From Chromera velia (lineage: Eukaryota): a DNA stretch of 20,000 nt. Every line of letters begins with the position of its first letter. Position 1 is the first letter of the stretch. This document shows positions 1-13,000 of the stretch, one piece after another. The stretch covers positions 110,859-130,858 of the forward strand of contig JAHBMJ010000310.1 of NCBI GenBank assembly GCA_018398765.1, read 5' to 3'. The notes beneath the pieces are model-generated. The model had not been told where the DNA came from and did not search any database. It saw nothing but the letters and a program-made list of their open reading frames with translations. Made by a program: the position numbers and the translations under genes.

Positions 1-167
1 GTGCAATTTCGAAAAATACAAACGCTTGTGTCATACAAGTCACGCCAGGCTTTTTCAAAAAGTACCTCTAAGCTCAAAAGAAGGAGCAACTGACTCTTCC
101 GAGAAAGAAGCCCTGCTCGTGTTCTCTGAAAAAGGAAGAGAGAGACGACTGCGATGGCAGGGCATTT

Positions 168-180
168 ACGCGCACGCACG

Positions 181-221
<41 letters not shown>

Positions 222-225
222 ACAC

Positions 226-256
<31 letters not shown>

Positions 257-265
257 TAGAGAGAG
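168..265. repeat. Compound (CACG)n-(CA)n-(GA)n microsatellite
   Basis: Directly visible, downstream of the FPG stop. Confidence 0.9.
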
Positions 266-864
266 ATCCCCGTCGACGCTCCTCCGAGCGAACTACAACG
301 TTCAGTACAGAGCAGCAACAGTAAAAAAAAAAGGTAGTCAGGCCCGAACCTCTACTTTCACTGCTGCCCAGGAGGAGCGACTGATGTGTGGAAGGCACGT
401 CTCCTGAAAGCAATATGAGTGAACAAGCAAATAGACGAACAAAAGAACGAAAGCATGCCCTCATTCAGCTACAGAGAGAGAGGCACAGGAAGACCGAAAA
501 GAAAGAAAGGCGTGCAGGAGGGCATGAGGGACAATCAAAACCACCCACCCATCCATCCATCCATTAATCCACCCATTCAATGCACTGGAACGAGGGAAGC
601 GAGGAGTTCCAAAAGGAAGGAAGAAATATCCACCCATGCTCTTTCCCCCCTCTGGTCCCTTTTTTCCGGTCTTCTCTCTTCTCTGCCCTTCCCTCCTCTC
701 TCCTCTCTCTTCCTGACTCCCTTTCTCACAATTCTTTCTCTCCCTCCCGCCGTCTACTCGTTGTCCTTCTTCAATCACGTCAATCGGTCTCTCTCTCGCT
801 CCCTTTCTCTCTCTCTCTCTCCCTCTGTCTGTGCGTGTGTATGTGTGTAAGCACGGTCGTTCAT

Positions 865-3376
865 TTACTCCGTTGCTGCGGTTTTAGATGCTTTCGTCTT
901 CGCCGCTTTCCTCTCTTTCTGCTTCTCGTTTGCCTGGGACTTGTCTTTCGTCTCCTTTCGGACCTTCGTCGCGTCCTTCGCCTTCCCTCTCGCAGGGTGC
1001 TGCTCTGGCTTCTTCTTCCCTTTTTTTTTTTCTGGTGCCGGTGAGTCTTCAACGAGAATCACTTCCCGTGTTGTGTCTGTCGTCTCTTTCTCTTCTACAG
1101 CTGCGGTTTTCTTCTTCCCCCTCTTGCCGTTTCCCGCAGGTGAGGTGGGCGGATTCTTTCTTCTTTTCTTCCCCCCTGGCGAACTCTGAGCGTCTCCTTC
1201 GTCATCAGCCTTAGTCTCTTCTTCTCCCGCCTCCGGAACGGCCGCCTTTCTTCCCCGCTTCTTCCTTCCACCTCCACTTGCCCCATTAGCATCCTGACTC
1301 AACCCGTCTGCCTCTCCCTCCTCCTCCGGTCGCTTTCTCTTCCGACCGCCCGCTTTTTCCTTCTGAGGCCCTTGAGGGGCCTCTTCTCCCTCTGTCTCCA
1401 CTCCATCTTCTTTCGCCTCGTTCCCGTCCTCAGTGTCGGGCTTTTTCGATTTGCCCTTTCCTTTCCCTTTTCCCTTTTGCTCCTTCTTTTCCTTCTCTCC
1501 CACCCGCGGGCTCCCCTGGACAGAGGGAACTACTGCAGACGTGCGGGTAGCCACTGTGAGGAAGGTGATCGTCCGACCGAAGAAGTCCTTCGGAGCCCCC
1601 CCCTTCGAGGATCCCTTCTCCCAACGGAAGTGAAACAGCCAACTCTCTGGGAACTGCAGAGCAGGCAGGAATGGATGCAGGCAGGCAGGGGAATGTATCG
1701 AAGGAGGGGAAGTCACTAGCTCACAATTGCATGAGAAGGCAGAGAGAAGAGAGGGGAAGTAAAGAAATTCCCAGGGTCCAAAGGGTTGCACCGCTCTTTG
1801 CGCACGGAAAGAAAGTGCGATCACTCATCAAATACGCATTCTTTCAAGATCCCGTCATGCAACTCACAACGCAACCACACCTGCCACGCAGACACCCAAA
1901 CAGGTACCTTTGCACTGTCTGCGTTCGTGGCGCATGCGACCTGAATCACCTCCTCCAGCTTCCCGTGCACCGCCGCCACCTCATCGTCCGTCAGGGCGCC
2001 CACGCGAGTCGCAGGGTGCACCGCCGCCTGGTAGAGGACCTCGTCGGCTATCCAGTTACCTGCAGGTGGGGAGGGAATGGGGGTTCCTCATCACGAACTA
2101 GGCTCTGCCATACTCAAGAAAGGGGGGGCTTCAGTCAAAATTTGGAGGACCGGATTTCCAAAAAAGCGAGGACCAGAGCGAGTGACAGTAAACACAGAGA
2201 AAGAAGGAAGGAAGGAAGAAAGAAAGGAAGAAAGAAAGAAAGAAAGAAAGGAAGGAAGGAAGGAAGAAAGGAAGGAAGGAAGAAAGGAAGGAAGGAAAGG
2301 AAAGGAAGGGAAGGAAGGAAGGAAGGAAGGGAGGAAGGAAGGAAGGAAGGAAGGAAGGAAGGAAGGAAGGAAGGAAGGAAGGAAGGAAGGAAGGAAGGAA
2401 GGAGAGAAGCACGGACCGATGCCTGCAGCGAATGCCTGGTCGAGAAGGACACCCTTCACGGTCCCACTCCTCCCCCTCAACCGCACTCCGAACTCATCCA
2501 AAGAAAGCATTTCCAGGAGGGGATCGAAGCCCAGCAAGGAGATCGGGGGAAGGTTTTCGGGGTCTGGGAGGAGGCGAATGCGTCCGAATCTCCTCGTGTC
2601 CGTGAAAGCGAACTCTGTGCCGTCGTCCATCTTCACCAACAGCTTGCACCAGCGGGGGGGCCAGTCATCGTCCGTTCGCTTTTGGGTCTTGTAGTGAGCC
2701 GTCGGGCCCCCTGCACACGCAACCATTCATCATTCAAGACTCCCATTCATTGATGTAAATCATTTAGTCTTTGCCCCTCGCGTCCTCCCTTTTTCTTCTT
2801 CTCTACTCAGTGCCACTTTCGGAAAAGAAAGACCAAAAGGCACTCAACAAAACTTTCTTCGGTCAATCGGCCAGTGAGGCACTCAGGAATTCTGCAGCGA
2901 ACGCGTGTGAAAAGGATTGTGCGGGTGGATTGTAAGAAGATGCACTCACGAATGAATGCATATGTATTGCCTGGAAGGATGCTAAGGGCGATGACACAGA
3001 CTGAGCTTCTGGGTAGAATGCGGGGGCAGAGGGAGAGCGGGCAGGCAGTGGGTCAGAAAAAGAAAGCGGCTGTATCAACCTTCCCTTTCCTTCAAACATC
3101 CGTCATAAAGGCAGAAAGACCTTTTATTCGGAAGCTCCCTGCCATGCCTAGGTGGAAGGTGGGGTGAGGGGGGCTGTCGAGGATCCACCAGGCGTTCTTC
3201 CCCTTTCGCTTGGATGCGACGACTGTCTTGTTCAAGAGGGCTTTCTCCAGGGTGGGGGGGGGTACATTCTCAATGACAATGGTGTCGTCCGCAGCAGTGC
3301 ACTCCACAATTTTCTTTCCCACCACAAATTCCTCAGCCAGCCTCCTGGCTCTCTCAACTTCGGGTAGCTCGGGCAT
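865..3376 (-). CDS. FPG: Formamidopyrimidine-DNA glycosylase (Fpg/MutM family, plant/fungal type without C4 zinc finger); 4 exons: 3376-3121, 2710-2417, 2059-1908, 1653-865; about 496 aa
   Basis: N-terminal catalytic MPELPEVE, RKGK, HLGMAG, FTDTRRFGRI, LGFDPL, H2TH motif KGVLLDQAFAAGIGNWIADEVLYQAAVHP, and the eukaryote-type FPESWLFHFRW and TVATRTSAVVPSVQ segments. All three introns are GT-AG and phase-compatible. Exons total 1491 nt = 497 codons ending in TAA. Confidence 0.95.
2203..2402. repeat. (GAAG)n/(GAAA)n microsatellite in FPG intron 2
   Basis: Directly visible; produces the spurious RKEG/LPSF ORFs. Confidence 0.95.
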
Positions 3377-4384
3377 GAGTTTGGTCTTCTGCTTGTGCGT
3401 TTTTGTCCTTTTTGCGTGGTGAAGGGGAAGGAAAGAGGAGAGGGGAGATCTCCACACAAGAGGCAGGGCCGCAGTGGGAGACAAGAGAGAGCAAAGCGGG
3501 AGCAAGAGGAGAGAGAAAAATTGGGTTATGAGACGGATCGAACGAAATCTTTTTGCCGTCTCGGAACGTCTCGGACAAAAATCGGATCCTTGGCACACGG
3601 TGAGAGCGAAGAGAGTCCAAAACGCTGCCAGAAAAAGCTGCTGTTCACTCTCTATCAAACATCGTATAATCAGGGTGGACATCGACAATATGACAAGACT
3701 TGACAGAACGGTGAAGACAGCTTGTATAGATCTGTATTCTCTACGACCAAGTCGCCTTCGCGCTTCTCATGCACTTTTTCACGCAAAGACGTTCTGAAAA
3801 TTGCTGAAACGCGAGTTTTTTCACGTATTTTGTGAGTTTTTTCTGCGAAATTCAAAAATTCTGCATGGAAAGTCATGAATTCGTAGTCCGTCGGACGAAC
3901 TTAGAAGGGCTCAGATGCCGTCTCCCTCATGCACTCATCCCTCACTCAATGCCCTGCGAGTGAGTGGACGGATATTACCGTCACGTTTCCTCTCAATGAG
4001 TCGTCATTTGTTGCTGTGAAAGCGAAATGGGCAAGCTAGATAGTGAATATATACACGAATTGGGCTGGCGGACTTTTGATGGCACTTCAAGTTGCTTGGC
4101 GACTGCATCAGTCGGGCTGTGGACACACCGTCGCTAGATCTTTGCCGATCGCCTGGTCTTGCTTGGCCTGCGTCAAGACATGATGCGGCTTCTGTTTGAC
4201 TGGTTGTTTTCTGTTGACTTTTGGTGACCAGTGCTGCGGGCCCATCATTTGTTTGAGTGAAATCGGTTCGTCTTCTTGTGGTCGGTATCCCGAGCAAAGT
4301 AACGCTCACGGGAAGATACCCGTCTCTGAGACAGACGAAGAGCCCATACGCCTCTCCGGAAACAAAGAAGCGAAGGCCAAGCAA
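3377..4384. promoter_or_regulatory. Divergent (bidirectional) promoter/5'UTR region between FPG and the ATG11-like gene
   Basis: Head-to-head starts about 1 kb apart and free of long microsatellites. AT-rich core at about 3770-3880 with repeated GAGTTTTTTC, CTGAAA and GCGAAA words. Confidence 0.6.
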
Positions 4385-6811
4385 ATGCCGCCAAAGTCTC
4401 CAGAGATGGCCCCACAGGTGACAGGAGGAGACGGCGTCAATTCCGGCAGCAGGCTTTCCTTCAGAGCGTTCGTTTGCGATGCCGTGTGTGCCGATGAGCC
4501 TTTCGAGGTCGCTACAGAGAACTGGGAGAAGCACACGCCCTCTGCAGTCATGACCGCCAGTGTGATGAGCAAAGGATCGTCTTGTCTTGGGGTGAGTGCC
4601 TTGATTCTTTTCTCCCTCGTGCTCATGTATCTGGCGGTGGGGTGGGGTCATGTGGGTTGGATGAGTACATCTCCTCGTGTTCGTCTCTGTTCGGCCATCG
4701 TGCTTTCGGTGTGTCCTTTTTGTCCCGCTTTTGTGTACCCTGATCTGGCTTCTGTGTGCAGGGCGGGCGCAGAGGATTTGGAGAGCCCGGCAGTGCAGTG
4801 TGGGGAGCAGGCGCTGTGTGCAGGGACCTGATCTTCTCTGTGAAAACCGAGAGGTCCTCTGTAGTCCTGCAGCCTCCCCCTTCAGCCCCCCTGTTTGCTC
4901 TCGTCTCTCGTCTCCAAACTCCCCTCGTGGACTCTTCAGAGAGAGAAAGGGCCAGGGGACTGCTGACCGTCCGGGCCGACGGGTTGCAAATCGAGGGCAA
5001 GACCGATGCTTTGGAGTTGAACGTCAGTCGATTTGTCGGCCTGTTTTGTTCCCTTGCTGGCTGTTTGTCTGTCTTCTTTTTCATTCCGTTCTAATCTGTC
5101 CTGTCCTGTCCGCCTGTGAGTCTCTCTGTCCGTCCACACATGAAGAAAAGGAGGGAAAAGAAAGAAACAGATTGTCTGTCAGTCTGTCTGTCTGGTGCTT
5201 GTCTCGACCTTCGTGTCTCCTTTTTCCTTCGGTTGACTCTGTGTGCAGGATGCGCTGATTTTTGCGTTCCCTCGGCAGAAGGTTCCTTCAGGAGACTCCT
5301 CGCAGCTCGACAGAGACAGAGAGAAGGGAGATGGAGGGGCCGGTGAAACAGCGTCAGACAGCCGCTCATTCGGCTCCGCACTATCGCCTTCAGAATTCAC
5401 CGACCAGCAGCAGGACAGGGACAGAGAGAGAGACAGGGAAAGAGAGAGAGATCTGCTTACTGGGTCCGGAAGGACAGAGGGGGGAAGTAGGGGGAGCCGC
5501 GCGGGGCAGACGCAGACGCAGGCAGAGGGGGGGGCAAGGGAGAGAGAGGGGCTCCTTGCTGCTGTAGTGAAAGCAGGAGCTGCGGCCTCTCGTGAGGCTC
5601 CTGGGCTTCACCGTTTTCTTTTGGAGAAACATTTTGGCGGTGAAGCCGCGGCTGTGGGGAGGGGAGGAGGGGAAAGAGGTAAGTACAGACATCGGAGCAC
5701 GTGCAGAGCAACAGGCGGATAGAAGGAGACGTCGTTGTTTTGGAAAGCGGCGATGCGATTTGCTCGACAGTTCTTTTCTCTCAACAAGAAGACTGTTAGT
5801 CGGATCGAGTGGAGAAAGGGAGCAGCCCAGACAAACAGAAACAGGCAGACACACCGACAAAATCAACGAGTTTGTGCGTCGAAAAGTAGAGCTGTCCTTT
5901 TTGTCGACGCTGCGAAATACATCCAAGAAACCTCGCTTCCTTTTCAAAAAAAAAAAAAAGAATTGAATTTCCAATCTGCAGATTCATCGAAACGGGGGCT
6001 TCTGAAAGCACTTGGGGAACTACTTGAACGTCAGTCAGTCAGTCAGTGAGTCAGTTGGGATTTGTGGACAGGAAAGGGGGATGGGGGCAGGAGGATGGGG
6101 AAGGGTTGAGTGAATCTTTCCGTCTCGCTGTCTGTTTGGCTTGCCCTGTCTGGCTGTGTTTCGTCGATGCACATTCAATTTACTTTCACATTGGTATCAA
6201 TCTGTGCGGCTCTGTATTTTCTGTGCTTTCCCGTCTCTTCTTTTCTCTTCTGTCTGAGCAGTGGAGGGAGACGATGGTTTGGCTCTCAGGGATGCCGCAG
6301 AGAGGGAAAGAATGAGAAGTGAAGGGACAACGAAAGGTCCGTCCGTTTGTTGGTTACTCACTCACTAGAGATGGGTTTGTGTTTTTCACTCCATGTCATC
6401 CTCTCTGTTCTTTGTGGGTGACCAAACCTTCTGTCTTCTTTCTTTCCCCCATCCCCCCTCTCTCTACAGCGTCACCTTTTCTCTTTCTCTCTCTCTTTTT
6501 TGCCCCCCCTCCTTGCCTCTGCACGGGCGGTCTCCCTTCTCACTGCGCCTCTTCTTTCCTTCTTCGTGCCCGACTTTGTGAAAGCAGACGAAGAAGGCGA
6601 CAGCACAAAACCAAAGGGATCCGAAGCGTTCCCCCCCCTCCAATTGGATCAGATGAGGGATGAAAACGATCGCAATCTGGTCAGCCACTTGAGCCAAAGA
6701 CATGCGTAAACTGCCACACACAGCCAGACGAACAGAGAGACTGAAAGAACGGAAGGAAGGAACGAAGGGAGGGAGCGTACATTCTCACATTCACACATAC
6801 ACATACACACA

Positions 6812-6891
<80 letters not shown>

Positions 6892-9192
6892 CGTGGGGAT
6901 ACTTGTGCACGCACACCTTCTCTTATTTGTTTCTTTGTTTCTTTTCCCCTTCTTTTCAACTGTCTCCCTTCCTTTCCCTCTCTTCAGGGGCTACTTTTGG
7001 AATGCAGACAAATCGGTTCGGCCACTCAACAGATGAAACAACGGTCAGCTTTCTTTGTGAATACAGTGAAATGTCGTTCACCTCCTTCACTTCTTTTCTT
7101 GTGAGCGTTTTTTCTCTCTACCTTCCTTCCTTTCTTCCTTCCTTCCTTCCTTCCTTTCTTTTTCCCTTCTCCCTCGCGTTCCATTATTTTTCAGAGAAGA
7201 GCCCACGTCGCCGGTCTCTGAGAAAACAAGATACAGGAGAGTACTCGAGAAGGAAGGCAAAGAGAGGGAAAAAAGTGAGAGGCAAGACGGAACAAGTGTT
7301 CTGCGTGCGTGTGTCATGCGTTTGTTGTATTGTTGTGACCGTTCTTGCTTTTGTGATCGCTCGTGTGATACGACCAGCCAGACCTCCACATTGGTCATCC
7401 GACAGGGGTGCTAGCCAGAACACACAGGGGGGAGGGGAGAGGTTGAGCTGTTCATATTGCAGTGTGTATCTGTGTGCATACATGAGTTTATCAATTTGTC
7501 GAGACGCGTCGAATTGATGTGTGAGGGCATGCAGAGGGCAGCGCAGAGCAGAAGCCGCGAGGGCCCTGGAGATCAACCTGAAGTCTCGGTGGAGGTGGGT
7601 GTGCATGTTTGCGAGTTGAGTACATTGATGCAGGGATGGGACAGGGGTGGGGCGTGTGAGCGCTGCATGTACGTCCTGCTGCCGGATTCCTCTCAGAGAG
7701 TCCAAGTTTTGTATGAAGGCATAAAGAGACATGGAGGCGACATTCATGGTCTTACCAGGGGTCAATCCATATTCTCTCTCTTCTTCTTCGCTCTGTCTCT
7801 CTCTCTCCCTGCACAGATCTTCTGCGCTTTTTTCCTTCAACTTAGTGAGCGCTTTTAGCCTTCAAAAGTCTAACGCTCGAGTTTCTCCTAGGGAGTCAGG
7901 TGACAGCGACCATGGTGTTGTTGCACACATGATCATATGGTGTGTTTCCTTTGGCGGGGTTTTATCCCCATCAGCAAGTTTCTTCTGTCGTCTGATGTCT
8001 TGTTCTAGTTTGCTTCTTCCTGTCTCTCTGCATACCTGTGTGAGTGCTGCCTGCAGACGTCTTGGAAGCAGTCGTGACTCCGTTTTTGGTCTCTTGGAAG
8101 AGGCTTCACGGAGGTCGGCCGTTCACGGAGTGAGGAAGCAATGCTGCGACGGTGAATTGGTCCAGCGGTGGCGGTGGATGGATGGAGGCGAGGGGCAGTA
8201 TCAACGACAGGGTTCAATCCATACAGCCAGTCCTTTGGAAAGAGAGTGAGAGAGTGCATCGGTTTCTTAATCTAGTCGCAGTTGCTCTTCTCCACATGTT
8301 TTTTAGCTCTCTCTCCCTCTCCCTTTCAAACTCTCCCTCTCTATCCCTCTGCCTGTCTGCTGTTTCTGTTGCAGGCATACCGAGCTTTCTGCACAGTTTC
8401 CTCAATTGGCCACAGAGCTAGAGGTGTTTCGGCTTCCGCCGGTGGCAAAGGAGATTTTGAGGAGGCGAGGGAGGGATGCAGGAGCTAGTGCGGACACCCT
8501 TGCAGTGAGTCGGTGTGACGGAGACCTCCAAGTGAAGGGAGGAATTAATTTCTTATTTGATTGAAGTATGGCGCGTTGAGAAGGATGCAATGAAATTCTC
8601 AAAGGAAGGAAAAGACCTCTCTTGCTTTCCTTCGAGACGATTGGCTTCTTTCTTTTTTTGTTCTCCTACCTGTTTTCTGTCTGCCCTTTCTTCTTGGGGG
8701 GCGGTGTGAGCGAAAAGCTTTTCAGGCTAGGTGAGACCTCTGGTAGATCTGAGACAAAGAAAAGAAGAAAGAAAGAAAGAAAAAAAGGGAATGCATGGCA
8801 GCTTCCGCAGGCGGCCGTTGGGATTCGATTCAATGGGGTTCTCTTTACCCTTTTTTCTGAACTTCGTGACTCAGGAGGCTTCCCCTTGATCATTCAGGCT
8901 TCTTGCGATGTATTAATATATTCTTTTGCCTTCCTGCTTTCTTTTCTGACCGAGCCTTCAGGACTTTGTCCCGTTATATCGGATTTCTGGTTTTTCGGCT
9001 TCTGTCGGGGATGACATCAGTTAGTCAGTCAGTCAGTCACTCGTCCTTTGCACGCATGCCAACGGATTTTTTTGTTTGTGCGGGTTCAAAAGAAGTCAGC
9101 CTGCTGAGCGTTTCTGTCTCTCTCTTTCTCTTTGCGGGTTGGTCTTTGCGGATCAGCGTTTTTATTCTTGCCGACCCAAAGAGGCGGGCGCG

Positions 9193-9238
<46 letters not shown>

Positions 9239-9379
9239 CCGGCGTTTGACTGAGCGCAGTCCCACATCCACGCAGGTGTAAACACTATCTCAACTGTTGC
9301 TGTCTGCTGTCTCTTCCCCTTTAGCATGCAGGTCTGCCGACCTCTCCTCTTCCTCTTTTGCTCCCTGGGATGTACACCT

Positions 9380-9420
<41 letters not shown>

Positions 9421-9993
9421 CTCTGGTCCTCTTCAGAGTCCCCTTCTTGTCCCATGCTGCGACCGTGCTGCCATTCATTTCCTCATGCGTGTGCATGTGC
9501 GTGAGAGTACTCGTGCAGAGCGTCTTTCCACGGCCCTCCAGGGGTGGAATAGTGGTCTGGTTCCCCTGGGTGAGTTGGTTGGTGCATGGGTGGGTTGATT
9601 GAGTGATTCTCCGATGAGCCGATGGTTTGAGCATGCAGAGAGGAAAAAGAGAGACAAGCTCAGCCAGCATTCCTCTAATGATCCGTTTTTCTCATCCAAA
9701 TCTCTATCGATAAGTGAGTGATGCATGGGGTGGAATAACAGAAGATTCATTCTCTGTCGAGTTCAATTAAGTCAGCTGTACTCGATTCAATCTGCCCTAA
9801 TTTCCCTCTGTTGTCGACATTCTCTTCCTCGGACTCGGAGGCGCGTCTTTCTCTTCTCTTCTGCTGGCTTCTTGCAAGTCCTCTATCTGGTCTTCCTCCT
9901 TGTTCAGTCAAGTCACATTCTTGTATAAAGCCGTTCTCTCAATCTCTCTCTCTCTTCTCTGCCCTCTCTCTCTTTTAGTGAATTTGTGTGTGT

Positions 9994-10026
<33 letters not shown>

Positions 10027-13000
10027 GATTCACCTGATGGATTGAGGACTGCTGCTGCAGAGAGCCGTCTTGAAGCTGTCCTTGGGGAGCTCTCGCAGTG
10101 GGGCAGGTCGGCAAATTGCCTCTCTGCATGTGCTGTTTTTCTTTGCGCGTCTGTACGTGGGCTTGCACTGTCCTCGAACTCCTTTTTCCCCCATCCTCCC
10201 TGCTCGTGTGGAAAGTCGAGAGAGACTGCTGGTCCCCTCTATCCCCTTTTTCTTTCTCTGCAGGGAGGAACCTTAATGATTTTTTGTATTTTTCTCGTCA
10301 GTCTGCCTGTTTGCGTGTCTGAGTTCGGCGTCTTTGTGTCCGAGCACGAACATGAAATCGCGGTGCCTGTGCAGCCAGTCAGAAGGAAGAGAGTCTTCCC
10401 CTCAACAGCCCAAGTGCGTTCTGATTTTTTTTTGCTTCTCCCTTCTTGCTGTTACCCGTCTTGCTGCAGGGGGTTTGAAGGTTTTGGCATTTCTGAAGTT
10501 GCAGGGTCCGAGTCTGTTGATGTCGGTGGCGCGGCTGGCGGTCGTTCCTCCTTCATCGATTTGTTTGTGGGGGCGTTGCAAGGGGCACAAGAGAGCGCAG
10601 AGGAAGGGGCAGTGAGGGCCGCTTGGGCCCTGAAGGGGTATCTGGGGGCCTGTGGGGGAAGGGCTGAGGGGAAACGCCGTGGGGGGACTGGAGAAGAGGA
10701 ACAGGTGTGCCGGGAGTGACGCACGCACAATTGATCGACCGTCTGCTGGCTCCGCTGCCGTTTTGTTTTCTCTGTATGGTTGCTTTCTTGTGTTTTCACT
10801 TCCGCATAGACGTTGAGAAAAGAGGAACAGCCAGAGGGGGGCAGCAGGATTTGTTGCAGAATTGAGGTGTCGGCAAAGGGGGGAGGAAGCCAATTTATGT
10901 ATTTGTGCCATTCAGATCTTTGAAGCCTCTGTCTGTCTGTCTATCTGTCTGTCTGCCTGCCTGCCTGTCTGTCCATGTGCACTGGCTGCAGTGTGAGCGG
11001 GACAAGAAAAATTTCGAAGCTTCTGATCAGAAAGAGGGCGTGGCTGCTTCACGGGGTAGTGGAACGGGGAGGAAGAAAGAAGTTGAAGAAGGCACACAGG
11101 TGGGGGAAGGGAAGGTGCTGAGTCCTGAGCGGAGAGAGGGGGGAATAGAGGGAGAGAGAGAAGCCGGGCATTCATCACCATCTTCAGAAAACGTGCATGG
11201 GTCAAATTCCTCGAGTGGAGGTGTGGCTGTTGGAGGACAGGAAGGAGAGGGGGGAGGTGCAACTGGAGCGGACGAAGAAACAAAAGTGGCAAAGCTTCGA
11301 GAGGGCTATGAATTCGCAAAGCGGGCAGCTGAACATTTTGTTGACGTGTTGCTTGAATGGGTCGGTGAAGTTTTGGTTGAAATTTTGAGAGAAAGGCCGG
11401 CAAAGGAAAGAGCTAACAGAGGCAGACCGAAGTATCTGACCGATACGAAGAAGTAAGGCAGACGAAGAGTGGCAGGCAAACGGAGAGGAATGACACAGCC
11501 AAAGAGAAAGCAAAGAGGGCAGCAGACTTGAAGAGAAGAGAAAAAAGAATCAAGTGCATCGGCGACAAACCATGAAGACGTGGTGTGGATGGATTCATGA
11601 CAGACAAACGGAGACGACCACTAACGCCACGGAGGGAGGGGATGGGGGGGATGGCCCCACGCCTCCCGGGCATGTTTTTAGCCTTTTCTTCTCTTCTGGA
11701 TTTTTTCTGAGTCACTTTTCATTCAATCTTCTCTTTGTGTCACCAAGACAGACAGACCCCTGTCTGCGCCCATGTCGGCAGGAACCTGACTGATCTCTTT
11801 CTTCTCTGCGACGATGCAGGAAAAACTCCAGCAAGTCTTCCTCAAGCACCTCAAAGACGTGGCAAGCATTCAAGTCAGTTATGTTGTGGAGGAAGGAAAG
11901 CTCTTTACCGTGCCGTCTGCTTCACTTTGTGTGTCATCGTGTCGCTTGATTGCCCTTCTATTTCAGCCTCTGCTGTTTGTGGTCGAAAGCGCGTTGCTTG
12001 GTGTCATTTTCGTTTCGTGGGGGTCTCGCCGTTCCCTTCCATGCAGTCGGCGCTTTGTCTGCCTGTTCTGTCTGTCAATTTCTTTTCCTCCTCCTCCTCC
12101 TCCTCCTTCTTCTTCTTCTTCTTCTTCTTCTTCTTCCTGCATATGCAGATGGACATCCGGAGAGTCTCTGAGAAGGGGCTCTTGCTGCAAGAATCCGTGC
12201 GGAAGGTCTCGGTAGGTCGGGGGGGGGGGGGGGGGATCGTTCCATTTTTCTTCTCTGTGGAATGTCTGTTCTCATCTCTTAATTTCACTCCGCGTGAGGT
12301 GGGGGAGGTTGAGGACCTTTTCACCCGGCATGCAGCCTGAGAGGTTTCCCATTTCCCCCAAAGCGAATATCAGTCTTTGCGTGCTGTTGACGCACTTAGA
12401 CGATGAAACGAGTCTCCTTAGCTGCGTCTCGTTGACCCGCAAAGCTCCTGTCTCCTTTCTCTCTGTCTCTTTTTCCGCCTGCCTGTAAATATGTGTGTGA
12501 TAATATCTGCGTCTGTTGGTCTGTCTGCGTGTGTGCGTCTGTGTGTCTGCCTGTATGTGCAGGAAGACATCGCCCACCTCGATCACGTTCCGAGAATACC
12601 TGCGGCCTTTGAGGTTCGTGTCTGCAGGCTTGTTTCCTTTTGTTCAGACTAAACCGTATTCAACTGACAGACTGGCAAGCAAAAAGAAAAGATGCAGTCA
12701 TGAAACTGAAAAAGGACGAAGGAGAGTTGAAAGAGATGCAGCGGGGTCAAAGTGAAAAGGGTTGAGCGTAGGACTGCTTTTCCGCCCTGTTTTGCCTGCA
12801 TGGCTTTGCTTCGATTGATCGACCCTCCACGCACTCCCTCCTCCTGCCGAGATAGAGAATCAAACATTGCACTGCGGCATTGCAAGGAAAGGCCTTGTAT
12901 AAATATAAATGTAGTCAATGAAGATTCATGGTGATGGCTGGGTGCTCCTTGAATGTCTGGAAGGTTTGGCATGTAGCAGGGCAATCTCTGCATGTGCATC

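Noticed and set aside
1671..2753. Long + strand ORFs (360 aa, 205 aa) with RKEG repeats
   Set aside because: Antisense to FPG exons and kept open by the (GAAG)n microsatellite.
3377..3688. N-terminal extension of FPG (possible targeting peptide) in ORF 3092..3688
   Set aside because: It depends on a non-ATG start with no in-frame ATG before 3376, and Fpg needs the Pro of MPELPEV at its N-terminus.
11361..11456. Ending the large gene at the stop at 11456
   Set aside because: A donor at 11361 joins in phase to downstream exons that carry the conserved ATG17-like motif.
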